Translations under genes and position numbers: made by a program
The notes under the pieces: generated by a model
Databases searched by the model: none
Seen by the model: only the letters and a program-made list of their open reading frames with translations
Told to the model about the DNA's origin: nothing
Shown: piece by piece, positions 1 through 11,931 of the stretch
How positions within the stretch are numbered: the first letter of the stretch is position 1
How the letters are laid out: each line of letters begins with the position of its first letter
NCBI GenBank assembly: GCA_017499595.2
Contig: CM039009.1
Coordinates: forward strand, 1,426,001-1,490,000
Reading direction: 5' to 3'
Length of the DNA stretch: 64,000 bases
Source of the DNA: Psilocybe cubensis
Lineage: Eukaryota

Positions 1-620
1 CCCACACCCGCGACATCGACTCGGCGTTTGCGATGTCAAAAGATGTCCTTCAATATGTGGCTACTCATGTATGTTAACCTGATACTTCCTTTACCGCTGC
101 TGATCATGCTTACCTTACTCTTTCCCCAAAGGATTCGTTTTGGAAAAACCGAATTCGCCGCCGCGCCATCGTCGTACATGCACAGGAGGTCCTGGCACAA
201 GCTCTCCTTTCAGATTCTTCATCCGACGATAAGAAACCTCCACCGGGGTCACTGTGGAAGAAGATACTTGACTCAAAAGTCAGCGAGACGGACACCAAGG
301 GAAGAGTAGAACTTGTAAAAGAACTCTTATCGACCTTTGCAAATACGACAGACACCGCCGCTGTGACGAAGACCTTGATCGACAATCTGACGGCAAATGA
401 CCTAGCTATGAAATGGATCTCTGACGATTTTGGTGAGCTCAGAAACCTTGGAAACGAGTCTGATGCCCCGCATCCCCAGTACAACAAAATGGCCTGGCAG
501 GAAGTTCTCGACGACATGAACACTGAAAAACAGATCAGTGATGATGAAAAGATAAGTTTACGGCTCCTTGTGGAAGCAATGACTCACATCGAGAATGAAT
601 ACCCCGCGCAGTCGCGTTGA
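1..620 (+). CDS. 3' end of a multi-exon gene, hypothetical protein (5' part outside the window)
   Basis: Exon 1-68 (HTRDIDSAFAMSKDVLQYVATH), GTATGT..AAG intron 69-131, then exon 132-620 in frame with track ORF 363..620 (DSFWKNRIRRRAIVV...EYPAQSR*). No family recognised. Confidence 0.65.
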
Positions 621-2943
621 TTTTCTTTTCTCTTTCTTTCTTTGCTTGCTTTTGAAAAGATTTTCACCATTCCAATCTCGCTCGACTACGCTTTCTTCGC
701 TATACTCCGACTTGCTTTCCTGCTCTGTGACATCGTATCTACATGCTCTAAGCCTGTTGTGCTCGATTTCTGTTTTTGTTTCTAGTACCAATGAAGACAT
801 CAGTTATCTTCACCTGTCAACACTGTGATAATACAACGTGGCTCAAAGCTGCACTGTTTAACTCACCAGATGTGGAAGTAGCATTGATGTCCCTTCATTG
901 TTCTGATACGTGAATGAGTTCTAAAATCATATCAGAGAAATAGCGAGAGAGTCTAGAATCTAGTTATCGCCTTGTTTTGGCAAACAGTTGACTCTTGGAT
1001 TGAATTCCAAAGTAGTATGTATGCGTCAAGATTCGAGTCAAACAGTGGGGGTGTACAATGTAAATGTGAATTTTATCAGCGTGGATCCCAGGCTCCAGAA
1101 GACAATGAACAGAGTAGGCGCCGCTGAGAAAAAATGGGAACGTTCCAGAATCCAGTCTCGCTGCTTCCCAAAGTTTTCAAGGTTCGACCAACTGTTGAAA
1201 TGACGGTGGCTGATGGAGTTGGCCGTGATGTTTACGCATAACCATCCTCAAGTTGCCTCGCTTTTCGCGTGAGGTGTCCAGAAAGTGTGAGTGCCAGTAC
1301 TGTGTTCGATGAAGCAGTGGGCGCCGAAATAAATTGAATAGGGAGGAAATGAGAACACCCGACAACAGAACGAGACACTGTACGTATCGGCCTCAGCGTT
1401 TGCTTCTGAACCGACGAGGCTTCATAATGTTTCATCCCGAAAGTGGAATTAAGATTTGAAGCGATGTATAAGAGGTTGAATGACTCGCTAATGGCAGAGA
1501 TATCAAGACGCCGTTCTCTTGTCCTATTCCAGACGACTTGAGACATCAATTGAAACAACCCGCTTGGGCCAAGGTGCCAGACGGTAGTCGGGCTTATGAG
1601 CGTACTATGTACACTTTATCTCCAAAAGAATCACCGAGACCGAAGTCATTGGTATGAGTCCCACCCATACCATTATGTGCACGTCATAATCGGTTTCTTA
1701 AGCATAGCGGCGTGAATCGGAAGGACAGTTTGGCATACATCTGCATACATGCGCCTCGAATTGTTGTGCTGAGAAGCCGAAGAAGACCGGAGAAACGAGC
1801 CATGGCCAGCTAAGATAAGAAGGCCCCAAGAAGGCTCCAAAGCTGCAAAAGAAAGCCTCGGGGTTACAGCGTCTGTCGAGTCGGGGACACAGTCGGACAG
1901 CCATGGGATATCTTGGCTCATTGAGGTTGCCAGCGATGCCCTCGATGAAGTGACCAAGGTAAAATATGAGGATATCGAGGCCCTTTCCGAACCTCGGAAA
2001 ACGATGCATATCAGACATCTGGCGTACTGTGGTAAAGTTCCACGACATAGCATCATATGTACCTTGAGGATCTGCACCGAGGCTTTGGAGTGCCTGGATG
2101 GGTGGCAATAATGAAGGTGTAAATCCGAGTGACCGCCGCTTATCGTTTTCTTATCGATGGCGAGTGAATAGAGTCAGTACATTTCACCTGCATGCGCAGT
2201 GGAGGTGGAGTCTAGAGAGTAATGTTGGTGAAAAGTGAAGGCCAAATAAGAAGGGGCTTTGCATTCAAGTGGAAAAGCCATAACAAACGTGGTAGAAACG
2301 CATGATAAGATAAGGTTGAAATAGGGGAGAAGTGATGGCGGGGTTTGAAAAATAAAATAGCGAGTCGCTTAGCAGTACGTTACGGCGAGTGCGCAACCTC
2401 AACTTGGCCAACACATCCGGTACGAAACGACTTGCACCTGAACCTGGATAATTTCTGAACATACACATTCTGACCCATTATCATACAGAAAACAAACATA
2501 CCGCTATATCGCCTTATGAACGGTGCCCAAAATCGGGATACCACCAACGCTCACCAATACCCAAGCACGCTTCTCCAAACTCCGAGCTCATAGTTGAATC
2601 AATACCACCAGCGTCCATTCTTCCAACTTACAATCTGGCCGACTCAATCAAATCTACTACACCGCTGTTCGAACGGGAGTCGAAGCGGAAATCTTTTGTA
2701 CATGCCACCACTACCAGCGCGCAAAGCTTAAAAGGATCATCACCATTGACCAAACCGAAGCGGTTGTCTCGTCCAAACTTCAATTCAACATTCCTTGCAC
2801 AGAAATCTGTATCATCTCCGTTTCTTTCAGACCTACACGCATCCGCGACACCTCCTCCATACACAAAGCATCCCGAACACGCACCATCACCTGCATTCCC
2901 GTTCACAGCGTTGCCTTTCACGAATCCACAACCGCACCCACAC

Positions 2944-4413
2944 ATGAACTCCGACACGGAAGATGACGATGGCTCTTCCGTGATATACACCTCACGCCTT
3001 GGGTCGTCAAGCATCACCCCAAGCACCAGCAGTAGCGGCCACCTCAACGTCGGCGGCAATAGCCTCGGGCATACGTATACACGCGCAAGTAGTTCGCAGA
3101 GTTTGAGGAGTCGGATCTTCTCGCTAGCGTCGTCCACATCCTCGCCGCGGGTGCGCGATAAACCAATATGTACGACGCCGGGCGTGCTGTGCGCAGGAGA
3201 GACCGAGACCGAGACTGATGAGCCTGTGAGTTGTCGCTGTGTTTCGTCTTCATTCGTTCATCACGCCTTTCACCGTCTTTGTTGCGAGTTTCCGTCTTCG
3301 GGTGCACTATGTCAGTCCACCTAGATCAACGACTAGAACCTTCTTTCAATACACCCGCTTTAAAATCTATTTTTTGGCGGCATTCAATGCCACCTTGATC
3401 ACTTGCCATCTTTTTGTGCTTATTTTGTTCTTATTTTTGGCTACAACGCAGACACGCGTATTCTAAACTCTATTCTTATTCACTTTTTCCTAACTCAATC
3501 TCATATGATTTTCTTTACTAGTCTCGCGCCCTCCCCACCGCCCGCATCATTCCCCCGTCGCTCCCACTTATCCCGCCCTCGACGCTGGAACAGCGTCTCA
3601 CGCCCCTACTTTTCGAATTTGCGCGCCTCCTCTCCATCGTCCCTGCCGTGTTTGGAACTTTGTACAATATTTACTTTATTATATGGCCGCCAAAGCCAAC
3701 GGGTGTGGGGCGGCCACCACCTGAGAGGATAGATTACTTCATTTCTGCTCTATGGGTAAGCAGAAGCACGTTTTGCTTTCATATAACAGCTATTAATTCT
3801 AACCTCTCGATCACACAAATAGGCTATCCTGACAGGCTATCAATGCCTCGCCCTCGCCACGGGGCTCTTGACACGATGGCGACTGTATTACCCTCCGCTT
3901 TCTACCCTTGTTCGTCTCTTGGCGTTGCAGGGTATCTGTTGGCCTGCTACGCATCTCACTCTAACGATGCTTGGCCATGAAGTAAGGCCAATTGTCACAT
4001 GGGCCGCCATAGGCACGACGACGTGTTGCAGTCGAAGCATCCAGATATGGGTGACGAGCAATCTATGGTGGGAACGGAGGGGGGCAGGGGAAGATAGTAA
4101 TGCCAGTGTACCTCTGGGGGACACGGCGACTTCCACAATGGCCGATGGGTCTTCGGCGTCGACGGTATCGCATACACCACTGCATAAACCTCCTGCACCT
4201 GCACCGCGGCAGACGTACTGGAAGCGGTGGGGAGGCGGTGGAAAGTGGGGTGGGCGCCGTTGGGACTGGCGAGAGGTCGGTGTGAAATGTGCGCTCCCTG
4301 CTGGCGTGGTTTATTTTATCATGGCTTGGGCCGAGCAGCTCCGACGCGAGTTGGCTGTGGGTGGGGGTTTGAATTTGAGCAGTACGTATAACGAGGCTGG
4401 GATCGCACGGTGA
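2944..4413 (+). CDS. EOS1: EOS1-family N-glycosylation membrane protein (3 coding exons; start uncertain, the frame is open upstream to ~2452 without ATG)
   Basis: Splicing GTGAGT ~3226/TAG ~3521 and GTAAGC ~3756/TAG ~3822 gives ...FEFARLLSIVPAVFG...DYFISALW-AILTGYQCLALATGLLTRWRLYYPPLSTLVRLLALQGICWP...SRSIQIWVTSN, matching the EOS1 family motif as I recall it. Confidence 0.75.
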
Positions 4414-4864
4414 ATCTTATTTTTTTTGCCGATTCTTTGTTATGTGTTTTTTGTATGCCTCATTTTCGCATGTTCACTCCTTTGTATTGATGACCGTGAT
4501 GATGATGTATCGGGTTATGCATGTCGTTTATTTTCTCTTCTTTCCTCGTCTCTGTCTGTTTTTTTCAATTTTCTGTCGATGTCTGGTCTCTCGCTTGCAT
4601 ACAGTTCCTTTATTTTCTTTCCTTCCTTCTTTCTTCACTTGCATGTTTTATTGTAGGATGGATTTTTTACATATTGTTATTTTATCATATGCAATTGTTG
4701 ACTGTTACACTATAGAGTATTCAGATTTTTTTCTCTAGTTTCGTCTCAATATTAAATCGTCTTAAATTCGGGCTTATACTGGGCCCTGGGGCATTTTAAG
4801 AAATGAACGAAAGAATTATACACCTATCAGGAGCTTTATAACTGCGGACAGTAAATGTGCGACC

Positions 4865-6100
4865 TTAATGGATCTCTTTCGACCAGCCCCCAGACGCATC
4901 GCTGAGAAGGTCCTCCGAATTCGGGTCGTATTTTAGTACCAGGGACTTTGGATCTTTGGATTTAGACTGCCGTAGGATATCTTTCGCGACTTTGATGCAG
5001 CTACCCTCCATTGCATTATTTAGAGCTTCCTCGGGTGTCCTGCGTTCTGATGGCAATGTGATATGTGATAGGTTCTTCAATGCGGTAAGGGGTTTCAAGA
5101 TCGCCTGACATTACAAAAAAAATGGTTGATTGGGTATATGTGAACACGAGAGATAAGGATACAATCTTACAGCATGTTGTATGGGAAGATAAAGTTTGAT
5201 TGAACGAAGGTTTGGAGTAGCCTTTACGAGACCTGTGAACACGTTTTCGAATCAGATGCTAAGGTGTACATGCGTATAGAAACACCCTACTTTTCATTGA
5301 CTTTTCGTCTGGAAAATTAAACCGTTCGATTTCTTCGACCTTCTTACAAGCTTTGGATATAGCATCGATTAAATGGCCTGGGCTGTATCCGTCGACACAG
5401 ATGACCCGTTTGACGTTGGGACACGACCTCAGAATGTGGTGGGTGTAGATTGGAAGTGCGATTGTTTCTATTTGAGGGAAAGTATGACCTTTTAATGCTG
5501 CTTGGAGGGCGGTTCCCATTCGGTCGTGCGCGCATACTATGTAGAGTAGTTTTAAGTTTGGGAGGGATTTGAGCCCTTGGACAAAGATTGGGAGTACTGT
5601 GGAAGCCGAAGAAGTTGAAAGGATGACCGTCATAGAGCTTCAGTGCTGGAGTTAATATCAGAGATTGATTTTTGAAAGTATGTAGCATACCGAACGTGCT
5701 GCGCTATAATTTTGTTTTCCTCTAGAGTTATCGCGGTGCACTTCTTGATCAAAGACTTTGCAAGAAATCGATACCATGACGCAGGCGCAGAGTACGTGGC
5801 ATATACGTCCAGCGTTTTCCATAGCAAAGGAAAAAATATAGTTCTCCAAAACTTGCATGTTTGAGACAGGCTGCGCAGAGTGATAGTCCGCTCGAGATAT
5901 TTAACGACCGTCCGCTGAGAGTAGTGGCCGCGATGAAGACCTGCAAAGCTGTCCGGGAGGCCCTTGAAGTGAGAGGCTATCTCCATGAGAAGTTCAACAG
6001 GTAACTTGAGCGCCTTAACATTCTCGTTAGAAGAGGATGCATGGGCATTCCCGTGTCCGGTGGTTTGAATCCTAGAGCGCTTGTTTGGCTTACGAGTCAT
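4865..6100 (-). CDS. F-box-like/LRR-type protein (basidiomycete expanded family), 4 exons
   Basis: LKLPVELLMEIASHF...LRSLSQTCKFWRTIFFPLLW F-box-like motif, then LKSLPNLKLLYI and ILRSCPNVKRVIC repeats. Exon-for-exon paralog of 45947..47208. Confidence 0.8.
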
Positions 6101-6849
6101 GTTCGTGAAAAGGTCAACAGTGGCTAAAATGAAGATGATGGACGACTTGTCTTAATAGAAGGATTCAGCCTTCCGTTGGCAACCAAGGGAAAAGCTGGCA
6201 GGTGCATGGTCGCTGAGTCTGCCAATGTCACTTGTACCTGCCACAGGATGATTGTGGAGGTTACGAGATCAACACAAATTGTTCTAAAAATAAACTGCAT
6301 ACTTGACATCAATCTGGATTCTGTAACGGCTGTGGATTCGCCTGAGATGCGCTTGTGGATGTTGCTGGTATATTTAGAAGCTAGCTCTTTCATGAGGACA
6401 TCCGAAAGAAATATCATGAGCAACGCTGTTTTCAGTATTTTTTTTTGCTTTTCAGTGCAGATGGGATGAGTACTGGGATTAGGGGACAGATTAAAGTGCC
6501 GCATTATATAATCACTGATCGTTCTCAAACCTGCAGTGGCGACTTTCCAGACGCCCTTGATCAATCGCACTCACAGCCCAGCGACAGTCGGTGGTTTGCA
6601 CGAGTGTTTGTAAGTCCGTAAAATTCCATAAAATACCAAGCTAATTCGCTCTTACCCATAGATTCGTTGTTTGCCGAGGTAAATGTTCCATCTCGTTCCC
6701 CGCGATTGATATGATGGCCTCGGGCTCATGTCTGCCTGATAATAACACGAACGGAGCAATCAATGTTCCATCAAGTGGGTCAAAGACCGTAACGATGCGT
6801 CGATCTCAGTGTTAACAATTTTTCTGAGGCAGGTATTCGACTCGATTCA

Positions 6850-9452
6850 ATGCGTGGGCAAAAGAGAGGCCCAGATAACAATTTTGTTCAGTCGCCTCAT
6901 GAAGCGAATGGGCAAACCAATGGTAATAGCAATGAAGAACACCGACAGACGCCCATCCAAAATAGTAACGCAGGTCAGGAGTCCGAAGTCCAACCGACGA
7001 AAAGAAGGCGAATTGCTGGCGGACCAGCAGACCCAAAAACGCAGACTACCGCCGCTTCCTCGTTCTCTGGTGTGTACCTTGCTACTTTCATTGAATCTTT
7101 TAATAGTTATTCTTTTTATAAGAAGGATCAGCACACAGCACACACATTACGTCCCATCCTTGGCAAGAACCCACCGTGAACACGGTCCAATCATCTATCT
7201 TTTCAAATGATCGTGTAAATCCGTCCCTGCATATTCATAATTCACCACCTACACCACCGAATGCTTTACCATATGTCTATCCTGTACCATCTATCGCAAT
7301 CCCTGTTATACATCCCTTTCCTACATCACAGCCACTGCAACATGAATATATGTAAATCCTAATTCTCTCTCTCGTATTTTTTTTTCTGACAGAATCTTTT
7401 CTTAGGTTTCCCGGGCCTACACCCGCATATAACCAGCCTGGCAGGCCTGCAACTGCACCTAATATTATCAATCCAACGCCAGTGCCTTTCTCTCCTTCAA
7501 CCGCAAGGCGTGCAAACTCGAAGGCTTCTACTAGTATTCCATCAAGCTCTCATGAATCTACACTAGGCGAGCGCCGCGGGACACCACAGTCAAATTCTGC
7601 ACAACAACCCGCTGGTCCATCTTCCATCACTCATTTCAATCTGGATGGGTCGCTCTCTGCAGAATCTACAGATCAACCTCAGCTAACCGCGTTTTCGAAC
7701 ATAATCAACAATAGCGCAGACGCCATTCTTGATTTCCTCGACCGCGAACTCCAACTCGTGCAGACTAAACATGAAGCTGACATGTTAACTATCAGAACCG
7801 AACACGAGAGGAGTTTGACTGCGGTCAAGGCTGAACACGAGCAGCAGGTTGATCTCCTCCGCAGAGAATTTGCGGATAGCATGCAAAATGTTGTGGAAGC
7901 CCATCAGATCACGATGGATGAGAAAGATAGGAGGCTGCGGGAGGCGGAAGAGAGGATCAAGGAAAACGCCGCGACCGCGGAACGCCTGAAGTCTGAGCTA
8001 GAGGACACCAAACTCACTTTAGTCAAAGCACGCGACCATGCAAACATGGCTTTGGAGGATCTTCGGTTGCGCAAAGACGAATTGCAACGGTCGGCCGAAG
8101 CTCATTTCCAACTCGAACGTGTTGCATGGGAGGAGGAGAGGAAGAAAAGTGAGCAAAGGAAGGTTGCGCTTTCCCAAGAAGTTGCGCTTTGGTCGTCGCG
8201 ACATCGGGAGCTTCTGCAGAAGTCGGAGGAGCACACCAAATTGCTGTCGGGTGCGGAGAAGGCAAGAGATGAACTCGAACAGGAGGCGGCGTTGTTAAAA
8301 CAGTTGACCGTCAGCCTTGAGGCCGAAAAATGGGAGCTTCAAAATAGATTGGACACTCAATCGCGTGAATTTGAGGAAGAGCGAAAGGTGCGGGTGGAGC
8401 ATGAATTGGCGAGAAAGGCGCTTGAGGAAGAGAGTGGGGCTCTGAGCCAGCGCATTGCCAAGCTTGAGGCAGAGGCATTGGAATCGGAGAAGGCGAAAAC
8501 TGGCTTGGAGGAGTGGGTTGGAAAAATGAAGATGGCGCTGCAGCAGCAAGCGGAGGATGATAAGAAGAGGATGTCGTCTATCACTCTGGCGTGGCAATCA
8601 CGAATGGAACGGGCGTTAAGAGAGGCGAAAGAGAAGGGAGACGAAGAGGGCTACAAGCGGGGCGAGAAGGTTGGGCATCAGCAGGGAGAAAAGGATGGAT
8701 TCGAGAAAGGTGAAAAGGCTGGATTCGAGAGAGGTGAAAAGGCTGGATTCGAGAAAGGAGAAACAGAGGCGTATAAAAGAGGTGATGCAAATGGGTTTGA
8801 ACGAGGAAAATTTGATTCACTCAACCGTATCACTGCTGCGACTACTGCTCTGAGTGACGCAGAGAAAAAATACGCTCTGGAGAAGGAAGATTGGGCTCAA
8901 GAAAAGAAGCAGTTGGAAGATATTTTGACGGCACTGCGAGACAAACACGATAAAGAAGTCGAGAAAATGAAGGAAGATATGGTCAAGGCAAAACAACGAC
9001 TCGACCAGCATTGGGCCAAGGAGATCGAGATACGCTGGGAAGCACTATTGGTAGAAGAAGCAAAGAAAATGGAGGCAGAGTTAGCACGACGGGCTCAACT
9101 GGATGCTGAAAGAGATGCACAGAAGGAGAACCTTGAAGCAGAGGTCGAGAAGCTGGGGAAAAGGCTGCTAGATTTTGACCAGAAAGCCATTGATTGGGCT
9201 AGAGCAGAGGCGGCGGCAGAGGCAGAGATCAACGTTTTGCAGAAAAAGATCGAAAAATTGGAACTGCAAATAAAGGCTCGAAAACTGGCGACTGAGGAAG
9301 ATATACTTCTAGGACAAGATGCCACTGCTCGCTCTTATTCAAGATCAGAAGCCAAACATGTGCTGGAGCAGCTTGTTTATGGAGGGCAAGGCTCTACTTC
9401 AACCGATGCACCGACCGATGCGCCGACCGACCGACCTTGTCACCTGCAGTAA
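6850..9452 (+). CDS. Long coiled-coil protein with a low-complexity N-terminus and a GxxxG glycine-repeat segment
   Basis: 656-aa ORF 7482..9452 is rich in E/K/R/L heptads. Upstream exons from ATG 6850 are joined by introns at ~7070-7120 and ~7352-7405. Contains GYKRGEKVGHQQGEKDGFEKGEKAGFERGEKAGFEKGE. Confidence 0.8.
8697..8758 (+). repeat. 24-bp coding tandem repeat (GGATTCGAGARAGGTGAAAAGGCT, ~2.6 copies), core of a longer degenerate array ~8637-8812
   Basis: Units 8697-8720, 8721-8744 and 8745-8758 seen directly; each encodes GFE(K/R)GEKA. Confidence 0.9.
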
Positions 9453-9670
9453 TATTCACGCCATTGCATTTGAGATACGCGACGCAGATCGCTGTATAAT
9501 TTCCTTGTACTATTTGCATGCAGTGTTCAATATTACAGTCGTCGGGGATGCCTCATTGCAGGTTAGGCAGATGCTTCGACAGGGTCAGCGCAATCGTCGC
9601 CCAGCAAACCTCCGCTGTTCCTATGACAGTTGTACTCGTGGCGTCGTCGTCTGTGCCTTCAGCTTCTTGC

Positions 9671-11478
9671 TCAAACATAGAATCCATCTAGATCGTCTGA
9701 ATCGTCGTCGAATTGCTGATTCGATGATTCAGCTATGCCCGCATTTTCTGCATCTGCTCCATCAGAGTCATCCCCTGCTCTTTCTTGCTCCTGCTCTTCG
9801 TATCTTTGCTCCCAGCCCACTCCTCTCAACTCTTCTGCTGCTCTGATGGGAGCATCCTCTGTATTGTTGAAGTCCCACTTTGCTCTTTCCCACTCCCAGT
9901 TCACTCCTTCCCGCTCCCAGTTCGCTCCTTCCCACTCTCCTTCTGCTCCTTCCCGCTCAATTTCTGCTCCCCCACACTCCTCGCCTGTTCCTTCCCACTC
10001 TCCAACTGCTCCTTCCATCTCCTCGTCCCCAGGGCTCTCATCATCATCCTCGTATACGTCAACCTTTGCTTTCTTGTTGCCTGCTGTGAACGTTGTCTCG
10101 CTATCGTCTCCCCTCTTCCTCTTTGCCTCGCGTTCCTGTATTTTGTTCTTCAACTGTGTTGAAACGTCCCTTTCGTTTTTTAGTCTTGTCACGAGGATTG
10201 ACTTTTCCGTGTCCCATATTTCCTTTTGCTGTTGTAATTGAGTAGATAGTTCTTCTTCCTCGCTTTTCAAATTTTCGATATCCATTTCCAACATGTACAT
10301 TTTTGAAACAGTTTCGTGGTGCTTTTTCCTTTCTGATTCAAGTTCCTTTTTTGTCTGTAACAGTTCTTGAATCAAAGCATTTTTGTGCGCCTCCCATGTA
10401 CTTCGTTCTTCTTCCATACTTTCCTCTTGCTCTTTCTTTTCTTCCTCCATCTCTTGGAGTTGACTGACCAACAATTGATCATCGCTTGCAATAACCTCTT
10501 CCAGCCTTCTGTTTTCCTGTTCTAGCTCATCGACCCTCTTTGACATCTCGTCTTTCTCTTTGGCCCATGCTTTCTTTTTGGCCTCGTATTTTTCGACAAG
10601 CTTCCGGTTAACCTTATCATGTTCCTCCTTTTCACGACGTGCTTCTTCCTCCTGCATTTTCCTCCTTTCCCTCCGTTCCGCGTCATTCTCGCCCTGCTCC
10701 AACTGACGCATCAAGTTTTTCCTCTCAACCTCCCATCGACTTCTCTCTTCACTTCGCAGCTTCTCCACCGACAACAAGCGCTCCCTTAACTGTTCGTTCT
10801 GTTTCTCTGTTTCTGCAAGCCTTGATTTCGTTTCATTGTGCTGAGCTGCTATATGTATTTGATGTGCATTGTACTGATGTTGAAAGTCAGCAGCTACGCT
10901 GGAGCGCATAGTTTCGAAGAGGTTAAGGAACACCTCTTCGGGAGGTAAGTATTGGGCTTGAGACTGGGCTTCAAGGGCAGCGCGACGGGCAACACTGGAC
11001 GTAGCAGGCTGGCCAACAGGAACGTGCGTTACAGAGGAGGATGGTGGGATGTGTGTTGACGACGAACTTGCGGTGGCCGCGATAGGACGTGCTTTGGCTT
11101 TCTTTCGTTGGACCACACTCGGACTCGGGCTTTCTTCCATGACCTGCGACTCGGCAGCCATGGCTGTTTCGATATAGTATGAGAGCGGTTGTGTCTTTGG
11201 AGTACGAGGCGACTCTGTGTCCCGCTTCTTTGAGTGAGATGATTTGCTAGGGGATCTCTTTGTGGAACGAGTGGCGCGACTCGGCGTGGATGGCGGTGGA
11301 GTGGTGGGGCCTTCGACAGGAACTTGACAATTCACAAAGATCAGCTTTCAAAGATCGATGCAGGACCGGTTAGTGTGGACGTACTGGTTAGAACTATGCC
11401 GTTGTTATCTTGTTCGATCCACTGTCCGCTAGTTCCGCTGGGGCCTGCTTGACTCAGGCTGCTGTCGGGCAAACTCAT
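9671..11478 (-). CDS. Coiled-coil protein with an S/P-rich N-terminus and an acidic repeat C-terminus
   Basis: ATG 11478 (MSLPDSSLSQAGPSG...), then a GTACGT..AAG intron ~11324-11384 joining the 554-aa ORF 9671..11335. Long heptad region. Confidence 0.8.
9880..10020 (-). repeat. Degenerate 21-bp coding repeat (7-aa units such as EWEGANW, EREGVNW)
   Basis: Plus-strand units of the type cttcccactcccagttcgctc recur every 21 nt; protein reads GEWEGTGEECGGAEIEREGAEGEWEGANWEREGVNWEWERAKW. Confidence 0.75.
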
Positions 11479-11695
11479 GTGCGTTCGAATATGCTTCAAT
11501 GTCTCAGAATTATCAAGAGGCGTGAAAGAGAAGAGGTTTGATTTAATTTCTGAGGTTCAGAAATGGTTGAATGGCTATGATGGCGGAAAAACGACAACCA
11601 CAGAGACCGTTAACCGGTGAAAAATGAGATGAAATTGAAATTGATGTGCCAAGATAGTCTGCATTAGGGGTTGCTGGGTATCACTCAGGGGCTAG

Positions 11696-11714
11696 ACGCG
11701 ACGCGTCGACGCGT
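11696..11714. promoter_or_regulatory. Cluster of MCB-like (ACGCGT/ACGCG) boxes
   Basis: ACGCG-ACGCGT-CG-ACGCGT lies ~220 bp upstream of the ATG at 11478; GACGCGTCGACGCGTC is a perfect palindrome. Confidence 0.45.
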
Positions 11715-11931
11715 CAGATATGGCATGTCCCCTATTGTGGAAGGATATTGAAGGATATTGTTGTCGACACCAAGTTCAACAGAGCAAAAATGTATTTTAA
11801 GGGATGATAGAATTGCCTTTAGATTTGAATTTACTCAGAAATTACACGAAATAATTACAAATAACGTAGCTACAAATGACTAGAGTACAATATGATTTGT
11901 TGCGAAGTGTACATGGAGTTGATTTATTCAT

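Noticed and set aside
1177-2108. Overlapping minus-strand ORFs of 60-136 aa, possibly a decayed gene
   Set aside because: I could not join them with splice sites into a coherent protein or recognise a family.
9319-10911. Plus-strand ORFs opposite the coiled-coil gene
   Set aside because: Antisense shadows of GAA/GAG-rich, repetitive coding sequence.
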